Below, piece by piece: positions 26,533-35,590 of a DNA stretch of 64,000 bases (within the stretch, counting starts at the first letter, position 1; every line of letters begins with the position of its first letter). The stretch is from Oscillospiraceae bacterium. GTDB lineage: Bacteria; Bacillota; Clostridia; Oscillospirales; SIG627. The notes under the pieces were generated by a model, which saw only the letters and a list, made by a program, of their open reading frames with translations, did no database searches and was not told the origin of the DNA. The DNA lies in assembly GCA_015063985.1 (NCBI GenBank), contig SVTC01000011.1:6613-70612 (forward strand), in the 5' to 3' direction. The translations under genes and the position numbers were made by a program.

Positions 26533-28731
26533 TCATCTGCGACCGTCGCTTCTCTTGCGAGGCTTTATGCAGAAAATCAGGAGAATACCGGAAACTGCTG
26601 CAGCAATGAGCCAGAACATACTGCTGTCAGAGGTCTCGGGAGCGGATGCCTGGGGAATATCGGGAACGCCAAGGGGAACATCGGGATCCTCAATGACGCT
26701 CTCGGGCTCGTGAACGTTGGTTACGGTAAAGCCGTCGATAACGGTCTCATATCCCTCTACAGCAAGCTCTGTTATCGTGTAAACGATCTCTTCGCCCGCC
26801 TCGTACTTGTCAAGACCCGCAAAGGTCCACATCCAGCCGTCAGCCTCTGTTATTTCCTTGGTTTCGATCACAGTGCCGTTTGCAAGAAGATTAACGTTAA
26901 TGGATTCGGGACGGATACCGTCCTGATCGTCTTCGTCGTCCCAGATCTTGTTAACGGAGATACTGATCTTGCTGACAGTATATTTAACCTCGGGAACGGG
27001 GAAAACCTGAGGCTCGCCGTCAACTCCGTCGCTGTCAACGGGATACAAAACCGCGGAATTATTGGTAGGAACAATATATTCGCCCGTCTCTGCCTGCTTT
27101 TCGGTCAGCTGAAGCTTATAGGTAAGTGCCGCTTTTCTCACCAGAGAAACGTTTTCGCCAAAGGTCCACACAATGCGCTCGGTAGTCTTGCCGTCGCCGT
27201 AGAAATAATCAAGCCAGAAGCTGGGCTCAGTAGCTCCGGGAGCGATGAAAGCATAGGAGCTCTTTGCGGCTTCGCCGTTCTCATCGGTATATTTTGCAGT
27301 GTCGGCAGAAACACAAGTATAATCATCGCCGCCAACGTTAAGCTTGATATGATCCGCATCTTCGATAAACTCAAAGTTGCCGTTTTCGTTTTTACCGATA
27401 TAGTCCACAACAACAGAGCCGACAGAGCAGTAGTGAACGATGTCGTCGCGTATAGAGTCAAAGAAATTCTCCTGAAGAACCTCTTCGGTAGATATAAGTG
27501 TGCCGTTTTCGTCACGCCGGAAATCCCAAACAGCGGGAGCCTCGGTCTGTCCACCCAGAGTTGCCAGGTAGTTCATAAAGCTATGACCCAACTGAGCTCT
27601 GGATGTGCCCTTGTAACCCTGACCGTCGGTGATATACTCGGAATTATTCTGATAGTATGCGGTTTCACTGCAGATGGAATAGCACTTATAGCCTGCAGCC
27701 ACAAGCTCTTTATAAACCTTAACACATTCGTACTGTGCACGCTCGTAGCCAAGTGCATCATAGGGATTCGATCCGGAGCTTGCACCGTCTGCAACACCCG
27801 TAATAAAATCCTTCGCCTCGGGAGCGGGATCTACGATGCCAAGACCGTAACGGGAGCCTGCAATGCCAAGAGCTCTTAAGTCCTTATTGTTCTTGCCGTA
27901 CCATTCACTGAAGGCATAATGATCGTTCTTGTCTATGGGAAGAGTGTAAACGTACTTGTCTCCGTCGTCCTCTACCCATTTCTCCACGTCTGCAAAGAAT
28001 GCCTCGTAGCTGTCGTTATAACGGTCGGGAAGCATATACAAAGAAGTGTGGCCGCCGCGCTGAGAACGCCAGAGATAGTCTGCATAGTAGAAGTTATCTT
28101 TATTATTTGACTTAAGCTTATTTACAATGGTGGCCTGGTTGCCGTTGGCATCGTCGAAGAAGTAGGTACGGCCGGTCGCAAGCACGAATACGTACTTGTT
28201 TTCGGGCTTTGCCAAAGTCTCCTTCTCCAGCATCTTCTGCGCCTCGCACAGCTGGCTGTGAAGGTTGGTGGATCCGATGGGAAGAGTCTTCATATACGCA
28301 AACTTTTCTTCGATAAGCTGAGCATATGTGTCGGGCTTCAAAAGCGCCTCGTCGCTGTTCAGATCAAGGATTATCTCCTGGCCCTTTTCAAGGGAAATAA
28401 TACCGAGTCTTATGGTTGCTTTGCCGCTTTCCATAGAAGAGGCAAATACGTTGATCGCAGACTCAACGGTCTTTCTGTTGGCATTCATGCCGCCGCCCAG
28501 AATAAAGATCACGTCGATGTAACCTTCAGCGTCGCCGGGAACGGTAAGAGTGACGTTAGTCTGATCGTTTTTGTCAAGGCCGTCCGCAGTCTTGTCAATA
28601 CAGAAAAGGGATGAAGCCTCAGCGGGCACAGCCGCGCCATCCGCAAGGGTGGCAACCGGCACGATTCCAAGCAGGGTTGAAATCACAAGAACCATTATCC
28701 AAAAACGCCTGAATAAGTTTTCTTTTCTCAT
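26533..28731 (-). CDS. Cell-surface adhesin-like protein with vWA-like domain (degenerate MIDAS) and CnaB-type domain
   Basis: It has a signal peptide. DVIFILGGGM sits where DxSxS would be. KIWDDEDDQDGIRPESINVNLLANG...YTITELAVEGYETVIDGFTVTNVH is a CnaB repeat. The C-terminus is a hydrophobic segment plus the basic tail KPRKRSDGRR. Confidence 0.7.
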   Translation of the reverse strand: MRKENLFRRFWIMVLVISTLLGIVPVATLADGAAVPAEASSLFCIDKTADGLDKNDQTNVTLTVPGDAEGYIDVIFILGGGMNANRKTVESAINVFASSMESGKATIRLGIISLEKGQEIILDLNSDEALLKPDTYAQLIEEKFAYMKTLPIGSTNLHSQLCEAQKMLEKETLAKPENKYVFVLATGRTYFFDDANGNQATIVNKLKSNNKDNFYYADYLWRSQRGGHTSLYMLPDRYNDSYEAFFADVEKWVEDDGDKYVYTLPIDKNDHYAFSEWYGKNNKDLRALGIAGSRYGLGIVDPAPEAKDFITGVADGASSGSNPYDALGYERAQYECVKVYKELVAAGYKCYSICSETAYYQNNSEYITDGQGYKGTSRAQLGHSFMNYLATLGGQTEAPAVWDFRRDENGTLISTEEVLQENFFDSIRDDIVHYCSVGSVVVDYIGKNENGNFEFIEDADHIKLNVGGDDYTCVSADTAKYTDENGEAAKSSYAFIAPGATEPSFWLDYFYGDGKTTERIVWTFGENVSLVRKAALTYKLQLTEKQAETGEYIVPTNNSAVLYPVDSDGVDGEPQVFPVPEVKYTVSKISISVNKIWDDEDDQDGIRPESINVNLLANGTVIETKEITEADGWMWTFAGLDKYEAGEEIVYTITELAVEGYETVIDGFTVTNVHEPESVIEDPDVPLGVPDIPQASAPETSDSSMFWLIAAAVSGILLIFCIKPRKRSDGRR

Positions 28732-29006
28732 TTTCTCACCTCATATAAGATTAACAGCTTATTAATTACATATTCCGATTCGGCCGTTTCATACTCATTT
28801 CCGACCTTACGCGCATATTATAATACACTACAGTCACAAAAACGGTCACATTTCACGCTTAAAACATTTTTTTACAACCGCAACATCTCATTTTTTTGAC
28901 CGAAAGCAAAACTTTCACCCCCTGCTCAGATCGAACAGGGGGTGGGATGATTTTTTATGCTTTATGCCGCTTTATATTGATAAGCTCATTGAGCTAAGCT
29001 TGCAAT

Positions 29007-29957
29007 TTACCTTCCTATAAAAGCCTTATAATTTAAAAAACAGATCTTTTCCAAGCTGTCTTCAGAAACCTCAAGCCCCCTTATCCTTATCATTCTGCCG
29101 TAGCAGGCAATATCGAATTCATCCTTACTGTGGGCGAGAGCCCCCTTGACCAATTGATTCAGCTCCAGGTTCAAGCTCGGTTTTTTTCTGTTGTTGGAAT
29201 CCGTGCCGAAAAGGATCCTGTCCGAATACCTTTCAAAAAAGTCGTGCCAGGTGTCAATATCCTTAGAGAAGCCCAAAAACATTTCCCAACCGGGAGTAAG
29301 GTCGAATTTCACCCTCGGATATTTTTCCATCACCTCCACCGCTCTTTGAGGAAAATTTGACAAAAAGAAGAAATGGGCAAAGCAAATATTCAGCCTCGGG
29401 TTTTTATCAAGCCTATTAAACACCTCTTTATATATATCCTCGCTTTTGGGAAAGCTTTCGTCGTAAGCGTAAGCGGGGCTGTCCTTATCCCACATTTCCT
29501 CGGGGTCTCCCGAATGACAGAGAATGGGCGTTCCAAGCTCCTCCAAAAGATCGAAGGCGGCATCGTAGCTTTCGTGATCGATGCCCTTTCCCAGCTCTTT
29601 TCTTACCTCGGGCTTCATCTGCAAAAGCTTTATTCCGTCAAAGCCGCTCTCCAGAAAGCCCTTCAGCTGCAAGAGGTAAGGAAGCTTTGCCCTCTCGCCG
29701 TGCTCGTAAAAGGACGCAAATGCCGTAAGCTCCATCCTTTTATAGTTGTTTTTCAGCCAAAGCGCCCAATCGTTTTCCTCTTGTGAAAATATGCTCCAGC
29801 AGTTCACGCACAAAATAGAGGCGTCCGTAACTCCGCAATCGGCTACCACGTCAAGAAATCTCATTGCGCCCTCTCTGTCACCATCGTGAACGTGCAAATG
29901 ACAGTCGGCAAAGCCTTGGCGCTCCTCGGCTGCCGGATCTATGCAATCCCTTTTCAT
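29007..29957 (-). CDS. Amidohydrolase-family metal-dependent hydrolase
   Basis: The HxH motif FADCHLHVHDG lies near the N-terminus of a TIM-barrel-sized protein. I chose the start at MKRDC (29957), which follows AAAGGAAG. Confidence 0.65.
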   Translation of the reverse strand: MKRDCIDPAAEERQGFADCHLHVHDGDREGAMRFLDVVADCGVTDASILCVNCWSIFSQEENDWALWLKNNYKRMELTAFASFYEHGERAKLPYLLQLKGFLESGFDGIKLLQMKPEVRKELGKGIDHESYDAAFDLLEELGTPILCHSGDPEEMWDKDSPAYAYDESFPKSEDIYKEVFNRLDKNPRLNICFAHFFFLSNFPQRAVEVMEKYPRVKFDLTPGWEMFLGFSKDIDTWHDFFERYSDRILFGTDSNNRKKPSLNLELNQLVKGALAHSKDEFDIACYGRMIRIRGLEVSEDSLEKICFLNYKAFIGR

Positions 29958-30015
29958 AATAGATCTTCCTTTCAAAAGGTGTTTTTTTCTGCTCTATGAC
30001 GGGCTAAAGAAAAGG

Positions 30016-30582
30016 TCAACTGTTTTGCAATTTGTTCGCTTTTCTTTTTGCACTTCTGACTCGTTTCTTTTCGGCTTTTTTATAAATCTTGTGCTTGGCT
30101 TTTATGTATTCCACTTCTCCGCAAACAGGAAATGCCAGCATTATAAGCCCTATAATCACAATACCAACATAAGCTGTATCAATCTCCTCGGAGGTCATTT
30201 TATTGTTGTCTATCACAATGTCATTGATATAAATTTCCACCACCCAAGGTAATTTGTCCATTTTACGATACTCTACTTTTTGCCCCTCCAAGAGCTCCGC
30301 AAGTTGATCAAGGTCATAACCGATTGCATTGTATAGGTCTTTGGGTAGCCACGGACATACAAGATGAAATTGCTCTCCATCAGACATTTCAACAATGGTT
30401 ACATCTTTTCCGCTGGCATAATAAACATCCGCAACAGTACCACTTAAAACAGAGGTATTATCCTCACTTGGTTTAGAATATTTATCAAACATGATTACAC
30501 AGAATGATATAATTACGGCTATTGCCACTACTGTTAGCAACGAAGAGACTATAATATGCTTTTTAAATTCACTTTTTGTCAA
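30016..30582 (-). CDS. Hypothetical membrane protein (N- and C-terminal TM helices)
   Basis: A TTG start follows GGGGGTGA. A TTGATT-N17-TATAAT promoter lies at 30606-30634 on the minus strand. The hydrophobic segments are IIVSSLLTVVAIAVIISFCVIMF and YVGIVIIGLIMLAFPV. Confidence 0.6.
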   Translation of the reverse strand: MTKSEFKKHIIVSSLLTVVAIAVIISFCVIMFDKYSKPSEDNTSVLSGTVADVYYASGKDVTIVEMSDGEQFHLVCPWLPKDLYNAIGYDLDQLAELLEGQKVEYRKMDKLPWVVEIYINDIVIDNNKMTSEEIDTAYVGIVIIGLIMLAFPVCGEVEYIKAKHKIYKKAEKKRVRSAKRKANKLQNS

Positions 30583-30629
30583 TAATAGTCACCCCCTTCG
30601 AGAGTATTATACCGCACTTTCGCAAATAA

Positions 30630-30813
30630 ATCAAGGCGCAAGCCTTGTATATCATCCGCAACTTGTTGCGGTATATCATCAATGCGGGGCATTGTATATC
30701 ATCAAGCCGCAGGAGGATGCACGCTAAAGCGTGATGAGATGCAAGGGCGGTGAGCCGCCCTTGATGATATACACCACGCTTTGCGCGGTGATGATATACC
30801 AAGCCTGCGGCTT
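30630..30813 (+). repeat. Hairpin/10-mer repeat element, copy A
   Basis: Three direct TATATCATC(A) boxes lie at 30648, 30672 and 30695, each preceded by a short perfect hairpin. Two inverted boxes TGATGATATA lie at 30762 and 30789. The 3' part of about 130 nt is nearly identical to copy B. Confidence 0.85.
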
Positions 30814-30951
30814 GGATAAAAAAATCCGACAAGTCGAAACTTGTCGGATTTTTTGTATAAAGGCTACGAAAAAGATATTTTTTGAGAATTGCATTAAGGA
30901 TTTGAACTCAAACGGGGTTAGATGATTGAAAATTCAAATAGACGACATCAA

Positions 30952-31455
30952 TCAAGCAGGAACAAATGTCCCAGAAACGGATACAATATGTATTTTTACA
31001 TCCTGATTATTATGATTGCCGTAACTTATACTAGCAATTAGAGAATGTATCTCTTCTTTGCTACCATTCGCTGGAAGTTTTATTGTAGTGGTTAAACATC
31101 CATCCTTTTCAGAAAAAGCTGGATCAGAACTAGATACATCCCAACCATGTGTTAAACCCACTTTTAAAGTAATGGAAGTATTATAAAATTGCCCTGGAAC
31201 AGCAGGATCTATATTTATAGTAAAATCAGAATAACCAAAAGAGACTCCTACTTTGGTTTCCCTTTCGATTTTTCCATACTGTCCGCTTATATTGAGATAT
31301 TCATTTATATTGCTCGCAGATAATGTTACTTCGGTTGATTGGGTTGATTGGGGTGATTGGGGTGAGGGGATTGAGGAGGGAGTAGCTTCTTCGCAAGAAG
31401 TAAAGCATATTGATATTAGCAAAATAATTGCAAAAACAGATAAAAATTTTTTCAT
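30952..31455 (-). CDS. Putative lipoprotein
   Basis: MKKFLSVFAIILLISICFTSC is a signal peptide plus lipobox, followed by an SPQSPQSTQST linker. A bidirectional hairpin at about 30823-30849 lies downstream. Confidence 0.65.
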   Translation of the reverse strand: MKKFLSVFAIILLISICFTSCEEATPSSIPSPQSPQSTQSTEVTLSASNINEYLNISGQYGKIERETKVGVSFGYSDFTINIDPAVPGQFYNTSITLKVGLTHGWDVSSSDPAFSEKDGCLTTTIKLPANGSKEEIHSLIASISYGNHNNQDVKIHIVSVSGTFVPA

Positions 31456-31484
31456 GGTTAAAACTCCATTCGCGGTTATATAAA

Positions 31485-31700
31485 TTAAATTACTTTTTTC
31501 AGACATACTGTTTTTTCTTTGATTTCAACTCGATATCCATGTTTTTTCGCTTCTTTTGCAAACGCTGATTTGTTTTTAAGATAGTAATAATCTTTTGGCA
31601 ATGGTTTACCAATGCATTTTTCGTACTGACTTTCGGTGAGTGAAAAATCCTGCTTTGCTTCAAATAATGGTATTATTTTCTCAAAGTTAAGTTTTGCCAT
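31485..31700 (-). CDS. 71-aa hypothetical protein, divergent partner of an XRE regulator
   Basis: A compact ORF with its own TTGACT-N17-TATAAT promoter and GGAGG ribosome binding site. I recognise no domain. Confidence 0.5.
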   Translation of the reverse strand: MAKLNFEKIIPLFEAKQDFSLTESQYEKCIGKPLPKDYYYLKNKSAFAKEAKKHGYRVEIKEKTVCLKKVI

Positions 31701-31726
31701 AATATACGCGCCTCCTTTCTAACAAC

Positions 31727-31781
31727 ATTATAGTACAAATATTTACTAAAGTCAATAGTAAATTTATTTACTTGGTATAAT
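31727..31781. promoter_or_regulatory. Divergent promoter pair with a central palindromic operator
   Basis: Minus strand: TTGACT (31750-31755), 17-nt spacer, TATAAT (31727-31732). Plus strand: extended -10 TGGTATAAT (31773-31781). The perfect inverted repeat ATTTACTA-n7-TAGTAAAT (31741-31763) spans both -35 regions. Confidence 0.55.
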
Positions 31782-31816
31782 ATTTACAAATAAGTAACAA
31801 AACAGGGGAACAACAA

Positions 31817-32041
31817 ATGTTGGCTTATATAAAAAGAATTCGTGATCTTCGAGAAGACCACGATAAGTCACAACAGGAAATAGCAGACATTTTAGGCACC
31901 TCACAAACTATGTACGCCAGATATGAAAGAGGGGCAAACGAAATGCCTATTCGGCATTTGATTGCCCTTTGTAAATATTATAAGGTAAGTTCGGATTACA
32001 TCTTAGGGTTAAAAGATTCAGAAAAACAAATTAGGCATTAG
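31817..32041 (+). CDS. XRE-family helix-turn-helix transcriptional regulator
   Basis: IKRIRDLREDHDKSQQEIADILGTSQTMYARYERG is a Cro/C1 HTH in a 74-aa protein. Confidence 0.8.
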   Translation: MLAYIKRIRDLREDHDKSQQEIADILGTSQTMYARYERGANEMPIRHLIALCKYYKVSSDYILGLKDSEKQIRH

Positions 32042-32054
32042 GGTGATGCCTCCA

Positions 32055-32246
32055 AATCACGCCAAAGGCGTGCATATCATCAATTCCGCAGGAATTGCAT
32101 ATCATCAACACGAAGTGTTGTATATCATCAAGCCGCAGGGAGATGCACGCTGACGCGTGATGAGATACAAGGGCGGTGAACCGCCCTTGATGATATACAC
32201 CACGCTTCGCGCGGTGATGATATACCAAGCCTGCGGCTTGGATAAG
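32055..32246 (+). repeat. Hairpin/10-mer repeat element, copy B
   Basis: (C/T)ATATCATCA boxes lie at 32073, 32098 and 32121, and inverted boxes at 32188 and 32215, with the same spacing as copy A. The three leading hairpins differ in sequence from copy A but are still perfect hairpins. Confidence 0.85.
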
Positions 32247-32279
32247 AAAAAAGCACTTGCCCAAGCAAGTGCTTTTTTC

Positions 32280-32353
32280 TGGCTGGGATGGTAGGAATCG
32301 AACCTACCCGCGCAGAGTCAAAGTCTGCTGTCCTACCACTAGACTACACCCCA
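32280..32353 (-). tRNA. tRNA-Gln (anticodon UUG)
   Basis: The reverse complement folds as a cloverleaf: acceptor TGGGGTG/CATCCCA, anticodon stem GCAGA/TCTGC with loop CTTTGAC, T-arm GGTTCGATTCC, and an encoded CCA. A hairpin terminator lies at 32247-32279. Confidence 0.85.
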
Positions 32354-32501
32354 GAATGCCCATATATTATACAACTATTCACCGCTTTTGTCAACACCTT
32401 TTATGTACGGGCAACTTATATTTTTTATTTTCGCCGCACCCGTTGACAAACACTGATCTTTGTGCTATCCTTTCCTTAAATTCAAAAAAGGAGAAAAGAC
32501 A

Positions 32502-33110
32502 ATGAGACTTTTATTTCAGGGTGACAGCATCACCGACGCAGGCAGAGGGGCAGACGGTATCGGCAAGGGCTACGTAAAATATGCAATTGAGTACATCAAG
32601 GAAAAGTATCCCAACGCCGATATAGAGTTTATCAACAAGGGAATCAGCGGAAACAAGGTCTGCGATCTTCTCGCAAGACTTGATAAAGACTTCCTGGATC
32701 TGGAACCGGATATGGTCTCCATTATGATCGGAATAAACGACACCTGGCACCATATGCCCCAAAAGGACTTTATTCCCGACGAGCAGTTTGAGGCTGACTA
32801 CAGAGCTATCCTCACCGCCCTCAAGGACCGCGGTATAAAGATCATGATGATCGAGCCCTTCGTTATCAGCGAGGACAAGCTGGACTTCTACCAGGATCTC
32901 TACAAGAAGATCCTCATCGAAAGAAAGCTGGCAAGAGAATTTGCAGACGTTTACCTGCCTTTGGACGGACTTCTGGCATCCGCTTGGTGCAAAAATCCCG
33001 CAGATTACTTCTCCGCCGATGGCGTACATCCCAACCACACCACCGGAGCTCAGTACATCGCAAAGCTCTATCTGGAATACGCTTCCCCCATCATCGAATC
33101 TCTTATCTGA
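32502..33110 (+). CDS. SGNH/GDSL-family hydrolase
   Basis: LFQGDSITD (block I Ser), GINDTW (block III) and the DGVHPN-type C-terminal block. I chose the start at MRLLF, which follows AAGGAG. Confidence 0.8.
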   Translation: MRLLFQGDSITDAGRGADGIGKGYVKYAIEYIKEKYPNADIEFINKGISGNKVCDLLARLDKDFLDLEPDMVSIMIGINDTWHHMPQKDFIPDEQFEADYRAILTALKDRGIKIMMIEPFVISEDKLDFYQDLYKKILIERKLAREFADVYLPLDGLLASAWCKNPADYFSADGVHPNHTTGAQYIAKLYLEYASPIIESLI

Positions 33111-33132
33111 AGATAACGCCTCCCCATAAGCT

Positions 33133-33175
33133 AAAAAACATCCTGCATACCGAAAGGCATGCAGGATAATTTTTA
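33133..33175. terminator. Bidirectional terminator between the SGNH gene and pheT
   Basis: The stem atcctgcat/atgcaggat is flanked by A6 upstream and a T-run downstream. Confidence 0.65.
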
Positions 33176-33178
33176 TTC

Positions 33179-35578
33179 TCAGCTTCTTATTGTGATTCCG
33201 AGCTCTCTTTCAAGGCCGCCCTTGACCTTGGTGATGATCTTATCACTTTCCACGTCGGTAAAGGTCTTTTCGGGGCTTCTGAGAACAAGCTTGAAGGCTA
33301 TGCTCTTATTGCCCGCTCCCACCTGCTCGCCTCTGTAGATATCAAACACCCTCAAAGACTCAAGATTCTTACCTGCGTACTTGATAATAAGCTTTTCAAG
33401 CTCGCCTACGGTAACGGTCTCGGGGCACACGAAGGCAAGGTCACGGGTAACTGCGGGGAATTTGCCGATATCCTTGTAAACAACGTCCTTCTTCTCTGCC
33501 TCAAAAAGGGCTTCAACGTCGATCACTGCGGCATAGGTCCTCTTATCAAGACCGAAGCTCTTCATTACAGCCGGATGGATCTCGCCCAAGGTCATAAGCA
33601 CCCTTTCATCCTTGACCAGTGCGGCAGTTCTGCCGGGATGGAAGGAGGGATCGTCCTTGACCGCAACTATCTCATAGCTCTTTTTTGCTCCGTCGCCAAA
33701 TCCTACGGTCTTTTGAGCAATGGATTCACAGATACCCTTGAGAGTGTAGAAATCTCCATCGCCGTAAAAGCCGACAACAAGAGAGGTCTTCTCCTCGGGC
33801 AAGGTCATGGGATCCTCATTGGGGATGTAGATCCTTGCCATCTCGTAAAGGGCCGCGCTTTCATTTCTGTGAGCCTGGTTTCTCACCAGAGTCTCAAGCA
33901 TGCTTCCCAAGGCGGTGGTACGCATTATCTTGGTATCCTCGCCCAAGGGGTTGGATATTACAACGCTCTTTCTCTGCTCCTCGGGCAGATTCAGCATCTC
34001 GTAAAGCTTTTCGCTTATAAAGGAATAGGTCTCTATCTCGGTAAGACCGTTGGCGGTACAGAGGGCATGGAGCTTGTTCTTGAAGCAATGGAAGGGGCTT
34101 CTCTTTCCGATACGCGCGCTTACACAGAAGGAGGTGGAGGCTATCTTGTTATAGCCGTAGATACGGGCAATCTCCTCTGCGATGTCCGCAAAGCACACCA
34201 GATCCGTTCTCCAGCTGGGGATAAGAAGCTCTCCGTCCTTAAGCTCGATCCACAGACGCTTTAAGATATCCACCATTGTCTCCTCGGCAATGTCGGTGCC
34301 CAAAAACTCGTTTATTCTCTTGGGTCGGAAGGGGATCCTCACCTGCTCCTTCTTGTTGGGATAGATATCTATAACGCCGTCCACTACCTCGCCCGCTCCC
34401 AGAAGCTCAACCAGCTGGCAGGCTCTGTTGATGGCGGCAATGCAGTTGTTGGGATCAAGACCCTTTTCAAATCTTCCCGATGCCTCGGTTCTCAGACCGA
34501 CGCTCTTTGCGGTAAGTCTTACGCTTACACCGTCAAAGTTTGCACTTTCAAAGATAACGGTCTTGGTGCTGTCGGTGATCTCGCTGTTAAGACCGCCCAT
34601 AACTCCCGCTATACCAACTGCCTTCTTGCCGTCGCAGATGAGAAGATCCTTAGACGTGAGCTTTCTCTCCTGCTCGTCCAGGGTCACTATGGTCTCGCCC
34701 TCCTCGGCGCATCTGACAACGATCTTTGCATCCTCAAGGAAATCTCTGTCAAAGGCGTGCATGGGCTGGCCGTACTCCAGCATAACGTAGTTTGTGATAT
34801 CAACGAGGTTGTTTATGGGTCTTACTCCCATTGCGCGCAATCTGCTTCTCAGCCAAAGGGGGCTGGGCTCGATCTTAACGTTTTTGACCGCTCTTGCGCA
34901 GTAACGGGGGCAAAGCTTTTCGTCAAGCACCTCAACGGATACGTAATCGTTAACGTCTCCGCCGCAGCCCTTTACAACGGGCTCCTCAAGCTTGAAGGCG
35001 GTGTTGTAGCTTACCGCGCTCTCTCTTGCAAGACCGATAACGGAAAAGCAGTCCTGTCTGTTGGAGGTTATCTCGAATTCGATAACCGTGTCTCTGAGCA
35101 TATATACGTCTCTTACGTCATCACCGGGCTTGCAATCCTCTTGAATTATCAAAAGACCGTCCTCGATGGCATAGGGAACGTCGTGGGTGGTAAGATCCAG
35201 CTCTCCGATGGAGCAGAACATACCGTGGGACTCAACGCCTCTGAGCTTGCCGGACTTTATCACGATGCCGCCGGGAAGCTTTGCGGGAGCCTTGGCAACC
35301 GCAACCAGATCGCCCTCCTTCATATTGGTGGCGCCGGTGACTATCTGACGAAGCTCCTCTTCGCCGTCGTCCACAAGACAGACAGTGAGCTTATCGGCAT
35401 CGGGATGCTTTTCGCACTTTACAAGCCTTCCCACTACCACGTTTTCTATTTCGTCACCTGCGATCTCAAAGCCCTCGACCTTACTGCCCGTGTCGGTGAG
35501 CAGATCGCAGTAGCCCTTGGGATCCTCAATGACGGAGGTATCCATAAAATCCTTAAGCCAATTAAAACTAAGCTTCAT
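33179..35578 (-). CDS. pheT: Phenylalanine--tRNA ligase beta subunit
   Basis: A 799-aa protein with the N-terminal motif MKLSFNWLKDF, the B3/4 and B5 region, and a C-terminal anticodon-binding-like domain. It sits directly downstream of pheS. Confidence 0.92.
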   Translation of the reverse strand: MKLSFNWLKDFMDTSVIEDPKGYCDLLTDTGSKVEGFEIAGDEIENVVVGRLVKCEKHPDADKLTVCLVDDGEEELRQIVTGATNMKEGDLVAVAKAPAKLPGGIVIKSGKLRGVESHGMFCSIGELDLTTHDVPYAIEDGLLIIQEDCKPGDDVRDVYMLRDTVIEFEITSNRQDCFSVIGLARESAVSYNTAFKLEEPVVKGCGGDVNDYVSVEVLDEKLCPRYCARAVKNVKIEPSPLWLRSRLRAMGVRPINNLVDITNYVMLEYGQPMHAFDRDFLEDAKIVVRCAEEGETIVTLDEQERKLTSKDLLICDGKKAVGIAGVMGGLNSEITDSTKTVIFESANFDGVSVRLTAKSVGLRTEASGRFEKGLDPNNCIAAINRACQLVELLGAGEVVDGVIDIYPNKKEQVRIPFRPKRINEFLGTDIAEETMVDILKRLWIELKDGELLIPSWRTDLVCFADIAEEIARIYGYNKIASTSFCVSARIGKRSPFHCFKNKLHALCTANGLTEIETYSFISEKLYEMLNLPEEQRKSVVISNPLGEDTKIMRTTALGSMLETLVRNQAHRNESAALYEMARIYIPNEDPMTLPEEKTSLVVGFYGDGDFYTLKGICESIAQKTVGFGDGAKKSYEIVAVKDDPSFHPGRTAALVKDERVLMTLGEIHPAVMKSFGLDKRTYAAVIDVEALFEAEKKDVVYKDIGKFPAVTRDLAFVCPETVTVGELEKLIIKYAGKNLESLRVFDIYRGEQVGAGNKSIAFKLVLRSPEKTFTDVESDKIITKVKGGLERELGITIRS

Positions 35579-35590
35579 TTTCCTTCCTCC

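Noticed and set aside
30569-30832. 87-aa ORF, and its 77-aa look-alike at 32031-32264 (QAAGLVYHHRAKRGVYHQGR...)
   Set aside because: The protein similarity only reflects translation of the two copies of the hairpin/10-mer repeat element. Neither has a ribosome binding site, both run through stacked hairpins, and the 5' parts are not conserved.
30630-32246. Possible CRISPR array (short repeats with variable intervening sequence)
   Set aside because: The repeats are only about 10 nt and number three per copy. The intervening 13-16 nt are self-complementary hairpins rather than spacers, part of the boxes are inverted, and no cas genes are present.
29990-32360. Integrated mobile element at tRNA-Gln
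   Set aside because: The region looks AT-richer and is flanked by direct repeats beside a tRNA. However, I see no integrase, recombinase or transposase gene and no duplicated tRNA 3' end, so I did not call a mobile element. It is reported only as a repeat-flanked cassette.
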